A DNA stretch of 64,000 nt from Phoronis australis (taxonomy: Eukaryota; Animalia; Phoronida), in contig NMRA01000760.1 of NCBI GenBank assembly GCA_002633005.1, forward strand, positions 71,432 through 135,431. The letters run 5' to 3'. Both the position numbers and the translations under genes were made by a program. The notes beneath the pieces were generated by a model. That model was given only the letters and a program-made list of their open reading frames with translations. It was not told the DNA's origin and made no database searches. Shown piece by piece: positions 1-10,682 of this stretch (position 1 is the stretch's first letter; every line of letters starts with the position of its first letter).

Positions 1-683
1 GTATGGGTGCCACAAATTGAGAACCAATGTACTCCCCTGAATAATTGGCTTCAAACTGGTAATCAAAATCCGGGAACACTGTAAGTTACAATTGCCTGAT
101 ATAGTTAGTATTGAGGATGTACAGAAACAAGAAAATGCGCGAAGTATATCAGAGCTCGACACAAGCGAAAATACCTACTCAAATCAAAATACAAGTGGCA
201 TATTCTGCACTTGTATTTCCAGATTTGCACTGACTCATTAAAGTGGCGACCCAAAAAAAATGGCAAACGTCCGCACCGTGAGTGAGGTCAATTTCCAACA
301 GGTAGTTTACTTTTGTACTTGCATATGTTAAGCATTTTCACAATGTAAGACATTCTAGCATTTGAAGTAAATATCTTTGTTGATATTTCTGTTTGACGTC
401 TTCTTGTGTCTATAAGTGATATTTGTAGTAATCTATGCAGGACAATATGGGAAACATTGACCCGCTAAGTAAGTTACAGTACAGTTTAGGTCTTGTATCT
501 TGCCTTCCAAATCAACAGAATTTGAGCATACAGTACAGTACAAAGGCTAAACAGCAGAATATTTTTACAATAACTGGATGTTTAACTCAGCAGCAAAACA
601 CTTAGTCTATGATTTGTAACAAATTAACAAATGGTACCTGATATTTGGGAGCTACTGTGTATGATAAAAATCCAACACGTTAC

Positions 684-810
684 CTTTTACTACAGGAATT
701 CTTCAAAGCAATAGCACCTGGGCCATCGTTGACAAGACAACCGGCAAATACCGTCATGCCGATTGAATCTAACGTTTTGGCTAGACTGTGACCAAACCCA
801 GTATCACATC
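684..810 (-). CDS. SDR9C-like coding exon 2
   Basis: tttcag|...[25 protein letters not shown]...|GTAACG. Confidence 0.92.
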
Positions 811-2042
811 CTGAAATTAAAAAAACATTCAATTTTCAATTGACTGAAAAGTTTTATTTATTCAACATTGTTCACAATTTGAAATTTGAGAAAATGTCAT
901 GAATACAATGCGTAATTGGTAGGCACTGAAATTACACGACTATGTTCAATAGCAAAAACAATACACTTGGCTTTGTCAAAATAAGATCCAACATATACAA
1001 TATAAGTTTGCCCTAATGAATATTGAGTGGTACTGTAAACTACAAAGTTTAATACATTTCGGTGGTTTAGTAGGGATTCTTGAGGTTATTGACCGATTAG
1101 AAAAGTAATGATTGATGATTCAGGACAACAATGACGACAACTGGTGATGATTTATTCTGAAGGCATTATTGACTGATGGTTGATTTTGTGAATACCGACA
1201 TTCACTGCAGCTTCACCACAACCATCCTCATGCAACAAGTAAGTGTAATGCTGCCTTATTTAACCACCAGGGGACATGGTAGCTGGAATTCCTAACCAAA
1301 TCAGATCGACGCTCCTCAGTTGCAACCCAGTCCTCCTCAAATTCAGGAGGCTGTGTTGTCCCTCGCTGCCATGAGTGGTTGTCTAATGGTATGTACTATT
1401 GATGTGTGGTCCTTCTTTGCAGCCGTGAGTGCTAGTTTAAGTTAGTACATGTATGTACCATTGTTGAGCACCAGTAGAGTGAAAAATTGCCTTGTCACAA
1501 TTCTCGAACCCGAAACCTCTCATCGCTTCAAAGGCACGGGTCTTAACAGTCAACCACAGGAGAGTGATAAAATAGAGATATTACCACACTCGCTGCACAT
1601 TCACCAGAATGATGACATATGGTGACAATGATGAAGGATAATTGTAATTGAGAAACTTTATGAAGACAATTATTATCTACATCAAGTACATGATTGGTCA
1701 CAAACTTGACTTCAGTTCCTGAAGTTCTCGCACTAGCTTACCAGTTATAAAGACTGCCTTGTTTTCAGACTGCAAGTGACTAGCAGGTAAAATAGAATAC
1801 ACCATGAGACACGAAAATCCAAACAAAATGACGCCTCCTGGTCCCTTCAGCAAAAAATGGCACAACGGTTCTCCAATAAATAACATTGCTAAACTCAGTG
1901 CTGAACGAAATCCCAGGCGGATTTCATTCATTATGAATTTTGACACCACCGCCATTGCAAATACCACAGTAATGGTTGAGTATAGAACTGAGTAAAACAA
2001 AAAGTCAGTGTCTAATATGTCGTCTTCTCCACTGACATCCAT
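684..2042 (-). CDS. SDR9C-family short-chain dehydrogenase/reductase (HSD17B2/HSD11B2-like), 5' part only; the gene continues off the left edge
   Basis: Exons 2042-1742 and 810-684 join in phase 1 to give ...KAVFITG|[41 protein letters not shown]. This has the TGxxxGxG Rossmann motif and the VFAGCL/GPGA signature, after a hydrophobic N-terminus. Splice sites are GT-AG. Confidence 0.9.
1255..1565 (-). mobile_element. Degenerate tRNA-derived SINE remnant
   Basis: Minus strand starts with an A-box-like TGGTTGACTG and a B-box-like GGTTCGAGAA at tRNA-like spacing; boundaries approximate. Confidence 0.4.
1742..2042 (-). CDS. SDR9C-like coding exon 1
   Basis: ATG at 2042 (MDVSGEDD...), about three hydrophobic segments, ends KAVFITG with donor G|GTAAGC. 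Confidence 0.85.
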
Positions 2043-2235
2043 GGTGACAAAAAACAACTCTCAGAGAAAGGCCACAGATATATTCTACAGCCAACCAAAA
2101 CAAGTCGAAAATAAGATCGCCGCCATCTTCCGCAAACGTCCACAACAGCTAATTTGGTTGGACAATTCGAGCTTTATTTTGATAGATGTGATCCTATTGG
2201 TTGAAATTATGAAAGATGTCCCGGATATCAGAAAC
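2043..2235. promoter_or_regulatory. Bidirectional promoter between the SDR9C-like gene and EMC10, with opposed YY1-like motifs
   Basis: The two start codons are 194 bp apart, head-to-head. AAGATGGCGGC on the minus strand at 2119-2129; AACATGGCCGCC on the plus strand at 2233-2244. Confidence 0.75.
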
Positions 2236-2313
2236 ATGGCCGCCTCCATGGTTTTAACTCAGGTTTCTTTTTTATTGATTATTTTGAACTTATGGAGGTT
2301 AAGTGCCAGTGTG
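2236..2313 (+). CDS. EMC10: EMC10 exon 1 (signal peptide)
   Basis: MAASMVLTQVSFLLIILNLWRLSASV|GTAAGT. Confidence 0.85.
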
Positions 2314-5300
2314 GTAAGTTTTATACAACTAAAGTACGAATTTTGGTTATTTTTGTTGACCCAACAATCATGATTATGTCGCAGAAATTTTCGTGTAACT
2401 TTGCCTTTGCTCGAGAGATCAACACCGTCACCAGTCACTACATACTCAGCCTGCCCTTGACACGAGAGCTTATCTCGATCTTTTTAGCGCATACTTCTCG
2501 CACATTACTTGTGTTGTATTCATGCTTCCGGAGAATCATACTTTTTATTTGCCTTTTGTTAGCCACTCACTAACGGGCAAGTGTCTAGTAATACTATTTG
2601 AGCTTGCCGGTTTTATCGGGGTGGTTCGATTTCCACGTCGGGTAAATTAAGCTTTTACTACTGTCTCACCTATTACTCATTAGCTGAATGGTTAGCACAT
2701 TCACTGGATTTTTTCGGGATCGCTGGTTCTGTGATTCAATTCTCTGGTGGGATAATCTTGGCAATTACTACCTATACGTTATGTAATAACGGCAGTGTTG
2801 ACCTCATGCATTTGCTATACCCCAATGGCAATGCCCAGAAATCTTGCAGTCCAGGCTCCAAACAAAGATTGGGAAGCAGCCAATAATAGGAAAAGTAATG
2901 TATCACGCAGTGGCATGATTGAGAACCTGGGTCGCGGGACTTAATTCCGGGACATGGTGGTACAGCAGGAAAGTAAATGGTAATTATATTCCCTTTAGAA
3001 CACATATGTAGCGCCTAGCGTAGGAGAGGGATATATGTTAAAAATATCAAGTTAAGCTCCTGTGGTCCTAGGGCTGGGACTGGGATATTGTTATGCAGTG
3101 AGATAGCCATATATGTCAGAATACACCTAGGAACTGATATGTGCATATAGATCTCACAATTATCAACCACCCTGACCTGAGTAGCTCTGTTTATTGTTGA
3201 AAAATCTGCTGATACTTGGACTTGCAAATATTGTTTGGTAACAAATACAAACCATGATAACAGCAAAGTAAATTTTCCTAAGTTGTTTATTTGACGAAAT
3301 AAAATTTCACTTGTCTGCCATATTGTGTCCCTAAATAAAGATTTTTTACTGTATTGACTTATACTAGTCACATGCGAAAAATGTTTAATACTTCAATAAC
3401 AGTTCTTCAGTTTGATAATCAAGCAATCAGTGAGTTTAATAGTCACAAGAATTCTGGCCTTCTATGTAATTTGCATTGCATTCCTAAACTAGACTGCAGT
3501 AACTGACTATTGAATCAAACACATATGACACAACAGAACCCTTGGTTTGTTAATTTTTCCAGTATCTTTCGTTCTCTTTTCAGTCTGAAGATGAGTTTGA
3601 CAGCATTTTTACATTGCCAGTGGAACATTCATTTGAATCAGGTAGTCTCATATATTGTTTTACTTGTAGTTAGGATGTGTTGCTTCTACCATTGGGTTTT
3701 ACAGGAACATCTCTGCTAAAGGATTCCTATATATCTTGGTTTATTAGCATTATTCTTGTTTTTTTTTTTGGTGAAAATTTAGATTGAACTAAAAAATATG
3801 AAAATGCCTTATCTGGGAAAACTGTGATTAAATGTTTTGAAAATTTACCTGATTCATATCAAATTTCATTCTCCCAAATAGAATAATTCTCTGCTTTGCT
3901 ATTCGAATGTCTTATACTGGAATAGAAGCCCATGGATACTATTTTCAATCTAAAAACAAATCGCCAGGTTGCCAAACACAATCTGAAGTTGTCCTGTGCG
4001 TGTCAATGTATGGCTCTTGTACTGTTGCCCGTTCTCCGTAGATGGCACTGTGCAAGACTGAATGATTATGGCGTGAATAGTTATTCAAGTATGGTAACAG
4101 TGCAGCTATGTGCCAAAATATGGAAATGATGGAGATGCTTGGTGTGGTAATGAGTCTGGATTATGCCATGATGATGAGTTTGAGCTCATGGAATATTATT
4201 TGCTGAAGCTGCATTCCACCCGGTTCCTGAAGCTAACATACAAAATCGATTTGGGTAATAAAGTCGGTCTCATAATATTCCTTACTCGCATACAATTCTA
4301 ATTCCGTAACCAACTCAAGTCACAGGCGATACATACATTCATCATTTTTGAATTTGCAGTTTTATGGTTGGCCAACCCCAGTAAACTCTGAAATTCTTTC
4401 TTGGGTTGCTAATGGTTTTATTAATCTTGTTAATAATGGAAGGAGAATCATAAGGAATAGTATGAGACTGCTGTAATACCCAGAGTAAAGGATCTAATTT
4501 GGTTTTTGTTTATAGCCTACTAAGTAGGGCTTTAAATTAGCTTGTCGCACACATTTATTACATTTCACACCATCTCATGATTGGGATGCTGCGATGTTTG
4601 TGTATGTGGTTTGATCCACTTCAGTGCGTTTTATCTAGAACCCTCATTGGATTTGAAGGAATGGTCACAAGGGGCCCTAGGTGTTGTAAATAACGGCCTC
4701 GCTATGTAATGATATGTATGTCGTATCCCGTTAAGTTTTCTATCTTCTGTTGTGGAGAGCACTGGTACATATGCCACCATCTGCAATGTCACACAAGCAC
4801 TGCTTTACTAGTACTTTCACCCCATCTGATTTCAGGTTCTGATGCTCAGTTCACAAAGAGAGGCTTTATCATGATCAAGTCAGTGAAGTCAGGTGAGGCG
4901 TACTTTACGCCTGAGAGTCCACTTACTGATGCTGAAAAACTTATGCTTAAGGTAACAAAACTTTGGCTGGAAGACTAGAAAGAAATTGTAGGGACAATGC
5001 CGACAATAGAACTATACTGAGCTGAGGGGTGACAGTGGTGTAATGCCATCAATCCTTTGCTATTTGTTTTCATGTAATTGGGTTTATGGACTGTTCCATT
5101 TGCCCTCTGCAGTAGAGTTATCTCCCTTTTTGCTAGTGCTGAACAACATTGGGTTACCCGATGTTTTCAGCACCTCAATAGAGACACGTCAGGTAATCAC
5201 TGAGTTGCACCTTAAGAATGTCAGCTTCCTTTGAATGGCGGGTAGAAAAGTCAACAGTGTATTTGCACATTTGGGTTGATGCTCCTGTGTCTAAAAACTT

Positions 5301-8300
5301 TTTTCCATTGTTTGAATGTGCACTGTTTTACAAATTAATTAATATATAATGCTCCTGAGCTTTGTGTGTGTCATAATACAAAGTCATGTCCATGCCTTAA
5401 GTGATGTGTTTCATTTCTCTGCAGTGTGTTGTATAGTTCATGCTTGGCAAAAAATTTTCACCAATATTGACAAGAAGTTTTGTGGATGAATTGAAATTGC
5501 TAAGAACATAGTGCTATTTGTGGCCAAGAAAATTTTTATTGGCAGTTACGTTTCTCTTATCATTCATGAGCTCAATACTCCGACTTTTCGGTTATGTCTT
5601 TTTGTGAATGAATACTAATGTCTAAATTATCGTCTTCCACACTCCCAGGAGTTAGCAGACAAGGATGGCTACTATCGCCTGCGTATCCCAACAAGATCAA
5701 CCAAGAATGCTGAAGGCGAGATAACGAATGTCACTTATGTATCAACTTTTTTAAAAGCGGTACGTTGACTAAACCCTAATGATGAGGTTAAGGGGTACTC
5801 GTGTAATTATTAACTTTAATTACTACCTTGAGAATGAAGAACACAACTTCTGAAAAAAGATAATGTTGTAGGTTTTTAGATGTGAACTTTAGTACTGTTC
5901 TGCTGATCTTCATAGACTAAAGATGGCGTTGTTGGTTTTTAAATGTGCACCCTAGTGCTATTCTGTTGATATTCATTTACAGTGTGCTCTGTATGAGTCT
6001 GCCCTGGTGGATGAGATTACTCTGAATATCGACCAGTCAGGTAACCTGTTGGCAGTTGCTTTGACTACGAGCACGCGCCACTGCAGAGGTGACCACGTGA
6101 GCGAGAAGAAGTTAAACAATTTTAAAACATCCGTGAACATCATAGTAACTAAAGCGGGGCCAGTGTAAGTAACATTTTATGAATGTATTAATGTTGTCAA
6201 AATTATGTTTATGTGTACTTGTGGGTGCCACTCTTGTGTACATTCAAAACTGCTATAAACCTGCGGTATGTCGTTTGGAAAAATATTTTTTATTTAGACC
6301 ATGTACAGTTATGAAATTAGGTCTCAACTTTTTCCTTACCCAAGTTGGATGATGTATGGTCTTGGAAGCAAGTAAAACTTCATTATTGCTGGATACCAGG
6401 CTCTACTGGTTGGCTTGTCATGGTGAGTCATGTGGTGTCGAGCATCAACTGACCTCTTCTTTACAGACCCAGAAAATTTTGAGTATGGAATGAGTTGCAA
6501 AACACTCGCGGCAAGAAATATTGACTTACGGAATGGAAATAACGGTTTTACTACTTACTCCCATAATTCAACATTCCGACCTTACCTACCAATCATTTTA
6601 ATGCCAGCAGCCATTTTGTTAGTGTATGCGAATAAGGTCTGAGTTTCTTTGTGTAAAACTCACCTGTCACATGACACAAGACACTTTTTGTGTCGATTCC
6701 AGCCCTGTTTGGTGTAGGTAAATTGTTTAAAAGAAAAGTGGTCTAAATCAAAACTTTGATTGTTGGATGGAAGGCAGGTTCGTAGCCTCTTTAAGGGCAA
6801 AATACTGAGGAAGTGCTCTCTTTGACAGTAATGCACTGTTAATTGGTCTGCATTTAGCTGAAAACCGGAAGGGCTAGGGTGGATATTTTTGCTATACTAT
6901 ACTAGAGTATCTGTGTCTTTACTGTAGGGTCTTACTTTAGGGTCTCACTTTAGGGTCTCACTTTAGGGTCTTACTTTAGGGTCTTACTTTAGGGTCTTAC
7001 TTTAGGGTCTTACTTTAGGGTCTTACTTTAGGGTCTTACTTTAGGGTCTTACTTTGCTGGTATTTTTGATTTCACGTTTGCTACAACTGTGCGAAGTTTC
7101 AATCAATCAGCACAGTGTTCTCCTTGTTGGTGAATGGGTGTCCATAGGCAGTAACATTGGTAGAGTTCAATAACGCTAGGATTTCGCTAGAAAGGGAAGA
7201 CTTCGAAATCATGTGAGATAATGCGGTGTCCTTTAAACGAGAATATGTGATTTTCCCTAGATTTTCTAGGTGCGTGACAGGTACTGAACTCTTCGCTGGT
7301 TAGTGTGTAACAAAATTTATTAATATCACACCAATAGCAAATCTCCTTTTATATCGCCTATCGAGAAGTGTCACTTGTGATGTCCATGAATGTTCTAATG
7401 CTCATTGAGCTATGTATGGGAGATGCATTTGTTTGCATTGTTAGAGCTGGAAAATGACAGTTCGAAAAAGAAAATTCGAGATTCAAAGTGCAGTTATAAA
7501 GCTTTTGTGCAAAATTCAGACACGTGACATGCCATAATATCTTTTAGAAAATCTGTAACAAAAGTGGACACTTTATTCTCATAAGCATAGCATCTGGATA
7601 CTTAAAATCTTTACCACCATCTCTTGTCCATTTAACACTGAGTTGAGGTTATTTAGGACCCATGAATTATGCCCAGATTTGGCTAACTTCACAACATCAT
7701 ATCTCAGAAACAGCCAATTGGATTCATAAGAAACTTTCAGACGCTATGCTTTCTACATTGTTCTTCTAAACGCTGCTGAAATGTTCCACTTGTGCATGAC
7801 GGGTAATCAAATAGAGGACTTTTGTGATTTTCATGAAAATCCAAATAATAAATTGATAAAAAGTCAAAAATCAAATGTTTGCAGGTTTTCTGAGTTAAAA
7901 TTGATTGTTTTGTAGATATTTGGCTAAATCAGGGCTTGGAATTTCCTCTTTTCAGAGGATTTTCTCTTTTTTAGTATTTGATTTTCAGTTTCCTCTTTTT
8001 TCCGTCTCCTCGTTCATTATTTTGGCTTCATTTATGCAAAAAAGGTTTATTTCAGTTAAATTTTCAACACAAAAAATATTTCTATCACACTAGCCTGTTT
8101 ATTTGTGGAACAATACGTCGCTTGAAAAAAATTTCCTCTTTTCCGTTATTGGTCATTGCAAGCCCTGCTAAGTACACAGACCTGTCAGTAAAGTCCTACA
8201 TAACCTTACGTACCCTTTAAGTTTACCTTTGTGCTGATATGTGTATGTACATTATGAACCAGTCTTTAAAACAGTTCTGTATTGACGACGTGTTTGCGAT

Positions 8301-9451
8301 ATTCACTTGTTTATGAGAAGCTATAGCTTATCTCATTATGTATCTTTTTTTCTTCAAGGCCAGATACGCAAACTTATGTGGAACGCATGGAAAAGGAGAA
8401 GAAACAAAAAGAGAAAGGACAACAGCAGGACAACCGATCCTTCTTTGCTAAATACGTAAGCAGCTTTGTTTAATCCTCATGTTCATTCATTTTATTAATT
8501 ACAACTTACCATCAAAAAGCCACGTACAACAATAAAAAAATCTCAACTTGTTCCTAACTCAGATGAGAAGCTACTGTACATGCCAAAAGTATTCAGAAAA
8601 AATGACGATAAGGCAGAAGCCAAATTCATCGTCACAGTAACCTTCCCTGACAATGACAGGGAATTAACTGTAGCGTTAGTAAGGTGGCTAAGCTAAGCCA
8701 TTCTGTAATTAGAGTTTTGCCATACTTGAGTCATGTACTGTATTCCTGGCCTTGGATAACCTGACAGTTTGTTACTACTGTTACGTTATGGTCAGTAGTA
8801 ACTAAAGATGTCGCTACCAGTGTCTTAATATAGTAGGCGTGCTCTGTTACATACTTCCTGTTCCGGTTGATGTTTCATGTACTCTCAATATATATGTGCC
8901 TTAGTCACAATCGTATCTATCTTCATCTTTGGTCCGAAACCAGCATAGAAACATAACAACTACTCGAGACAATACTTGGTGCGTAAAATGACCCGCTGTC
9001 ACAAGCCCAGTTGTTGGACCTGGTCTCAACCAATAACCAATGCTCATTTCTTTCCAATCCCAGGAATCAACTCTGCTTTGACTAAGGAACTATTTGACAC
9101 CAACTGTATAAGTGTAAATTGTCTAAAGCAAGTTATTTTTTGTGTCAGAAGGCAGGTTCATTGCTTAAACATGAAACCAGACAATGTTGTTCAAAGATTG
9201 GGTAAAATCAATAAAATATGGTTTAGATCTTTTAAAGCGAGGTAGTTAACTCTTTGGAACCAGTTGGATGAACCTTACACAAGCTACACTTTATGTTATT
9301 TTGTCACCAACCTGTTGTAACAAATTACATTTTCAATTCTTTTCAGTGGATGTACATTGTGCCAGTATTTATCTTCCTCATGTTCAGTGGCAGTATGGAC
9401 CCACAGGGAGGCAATGGTGGTGGCGGCGGTGGTGGTGGAGGGGGCCGGTAA
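2236..9451 (+). CDS. EMC10: ER membrane protein complex subunit 10 (7 coding exons, 248 aa)
   Basis: join(2236-2313,3584-3641,4836-4951,5649-5759,5983-6164,8359-8455,9347-9451) = 747 nt, all phases compatible. Signal peptide, VEHSFE, FTKRG, CALYES, GPVPDT, RSFFAKYWMYIVP, TM helix and poly-Gly tail are diagnostic of EMC10. Confidence 0.96.
2675..2760 (+). mobile_element. tRNA-derived SINE head / tRNA pseudogene fragment
   Basis: A-box TAGCTGAATGG followed by degenerate B-box GATTCAATTC; no intact cloverleaf. Confidence 0.35.
3584..3641 (+). CDS. EMC10: EMC10 exon 2
   Basis: ttttcag|SEDEFDSIFTLPVEHSFES|GTAGTC. Confidence 0.9.
4836..4951 (+). CDS. EMC10: EMC10 exon 3
   Basis: tttcag|GSDAQFTKRGFIMIKSVKSGEAYFTPESPLTDAEKLMLK|GTAACA. 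Confidence 0.92.
5649..5759 (+). CDS. EMC10: EMC10 exon 4
   Basis: cccag|ELADKDGYYRLRIPTR...YVSTFLKA|GTACGT. Confidence 0.93.
5983..6164 (+). CDS. EMC10: EMC10 exon 5
   Basis: ttacag|CALYESALVDEITLNIDQSGNLLAV...FKTSVNIIVTKAGP|GTAAGT. Confidence 0.94.
6925..7055 (+). repeat. 13-bp minisatellite (TAGGGTCTTACTT) x10 containing TTAGGG
   Basis: Ten near-perfect units read directly, in EMC10 intron 5. Confidence 0.95.
7645..8220. mobile_element. Non-autonomous DNA transposon remnant (Kolobok-like)
   Basis: 7645-7830 resembles 54362-54620 (shared acatcatatctcag, ctatgcttt, aatgttccactt); right end ...CCCTTTAA at 8220. Confidence 0.5.
8359..8455 (+). CDS. EMC10: EMC10 exon 6
   Basis: ttcaag|PDTQTYVERMEKEKKQKEKGQQQDNRSFFAKY|GTAAGC. 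Confidence 0.95.
9347..9451 (+). CDS. EMC10: EMC10 exon 7 (TM helix, poly-Gly tail, stop)
   Basis: ttttcag|WMYIVPVFIFLMFSGSMDPQGGNGGGGGGGGGGR*. Confidence 0.95.
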   Translation, partial: WMYIVPVFIFLMFSGSMDPQGGNGGGGGGGGGGR

Positions 9452-10300
9452 AGGAATCCAGTGTTTGGTGTCACGCAGAGGTTTCCTTACTCTGTAGTCC
9501 ATAAATAATTTGACTGTACTTCAAAAATTCTGTTTAATAACTGTGACGAAGTTTCTTAACGCCTTCAGTTTTTGGAATAGAGGTCATTGTGCGACCTCTG
9601 TTGTAAATGATGCAACCAGTCCTCAGTTTTTCAAGGTTTTTGGTGTACACTCACCTTGACATTTTTATCACAACTTTGACTTGTGAAAAAAATGATGTGA
9701 TTGCCATAATATTGACTTTGTAGCTTTGTTTAAGAAGTACATTGTTTCAATGGCATTTAGTGGCAGCACTATATTTGTGTCAACCACTCAAATTCTGGGA
9801 AATTTGTTGTTGGCCAAGATGTAAATTGAAAGGTTATGGTAATCACTGCTGAATACACCATGCGAATCTTTGTCTTTTGTTAGTTGTAAGTTCTTCAAGA
9901 ATGTTTTGTTAGTGATCGGCAAATAGAAAATTTTAAGTGAACATTAAGAAATTTTCAGATCATTCTTACATGTAGTCAAAGTACTCATTTCCCCCTGCTT
10001 GTACATCTCAAAGTGCCAGTTAGAAAATGAATTATTGTAGTATACTTATATAATTATTAATGCCTTTTTCGTTGTCCAACTACAGCACAATCTTGTTGTT
10101 TTGTTTTGTTTTTGATGTTCAACAGGCTTGTGCGTTGGTTAAGAAGTTTACTTCACTGCTGACTGTTTATGGTGTATATGCTGTACACATGCTATCCATA
10201 TTTGTGTTGTAAAAATTGTACATTTCATGAAATGATTATTCATAAAAACATGTTCTCATTCAAGTAAGTTATTTGAATCTAGCAAGTGTTTTCATTTCGA

Positions 10301-10306
10301 AATAAA
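10301..10306 (+). terminator. Probable EMC10 polyadenylation signal
   Basis: AATAAA about 850 nt after the stop codon, followed by GT-rich sequence. Confidence 0.55.
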
Positions 10307-10391
10307 AATTGTTATGCATCAAACATTTGTGTCTCCGCTGAGTATTTTCATTGTATAATTAGGAAAATGAATTGTACTTCTTATTTTCGAA

Positions 10392-10397
10392 TTTATT
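10392..10397 (-). terminator. Probable SYCP3 polyadenylation signal
   Basis: TTTATT on plus (AATAAA on minus), about 230 nt after the SYCP3 stop codon. Confidence 0.55.
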
Positions 10398-10628
10398 GAA
10401 CAAACATCGAAAAACTAAAACAGTGATAACAATAGTAATAATTAACATCCAACGAACGGATCAGACAACGGTTGTGTGAAACTTACAGAAAATCATGCTT
10501 TACATGATGTGGAAGGCAAATTACATGTTTCCGACACATCTCTTATCACTGATGCACACATATAACAATCAATTGCAATTATTGTTATTTTGGAAATGCA
10601 TCTCGGTTGCATCATTAGTGAACACATG

Positions 10629-10682
10629 CTAAAATAGCATTGTCTGAAGAGACTTGCGCACACTTGCCATTTCCTGTTGTTT
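10629..10682 (-). CDS. SYCP3: SYCP3 last coding exon
   Basis: ttttcag|KQQEMASVRKSLQTMLF*. Confidence 0.95.
   Translation of the reverse strand, partial: KQQEMASVRKSLQTMLF

Noticed and set aside
2675-2760. Functional tRNA gene (also 22970-23050)
   Set aside because: A and B boxes only; no acceptor stem or anticodon arm can be folded
6925-7055. Interstitial telomere or chromosome fusion site
   Set aside because: TTAGGG hexamers are separated by a constant 7-nt spacer and there is no inverted CCCTAA array
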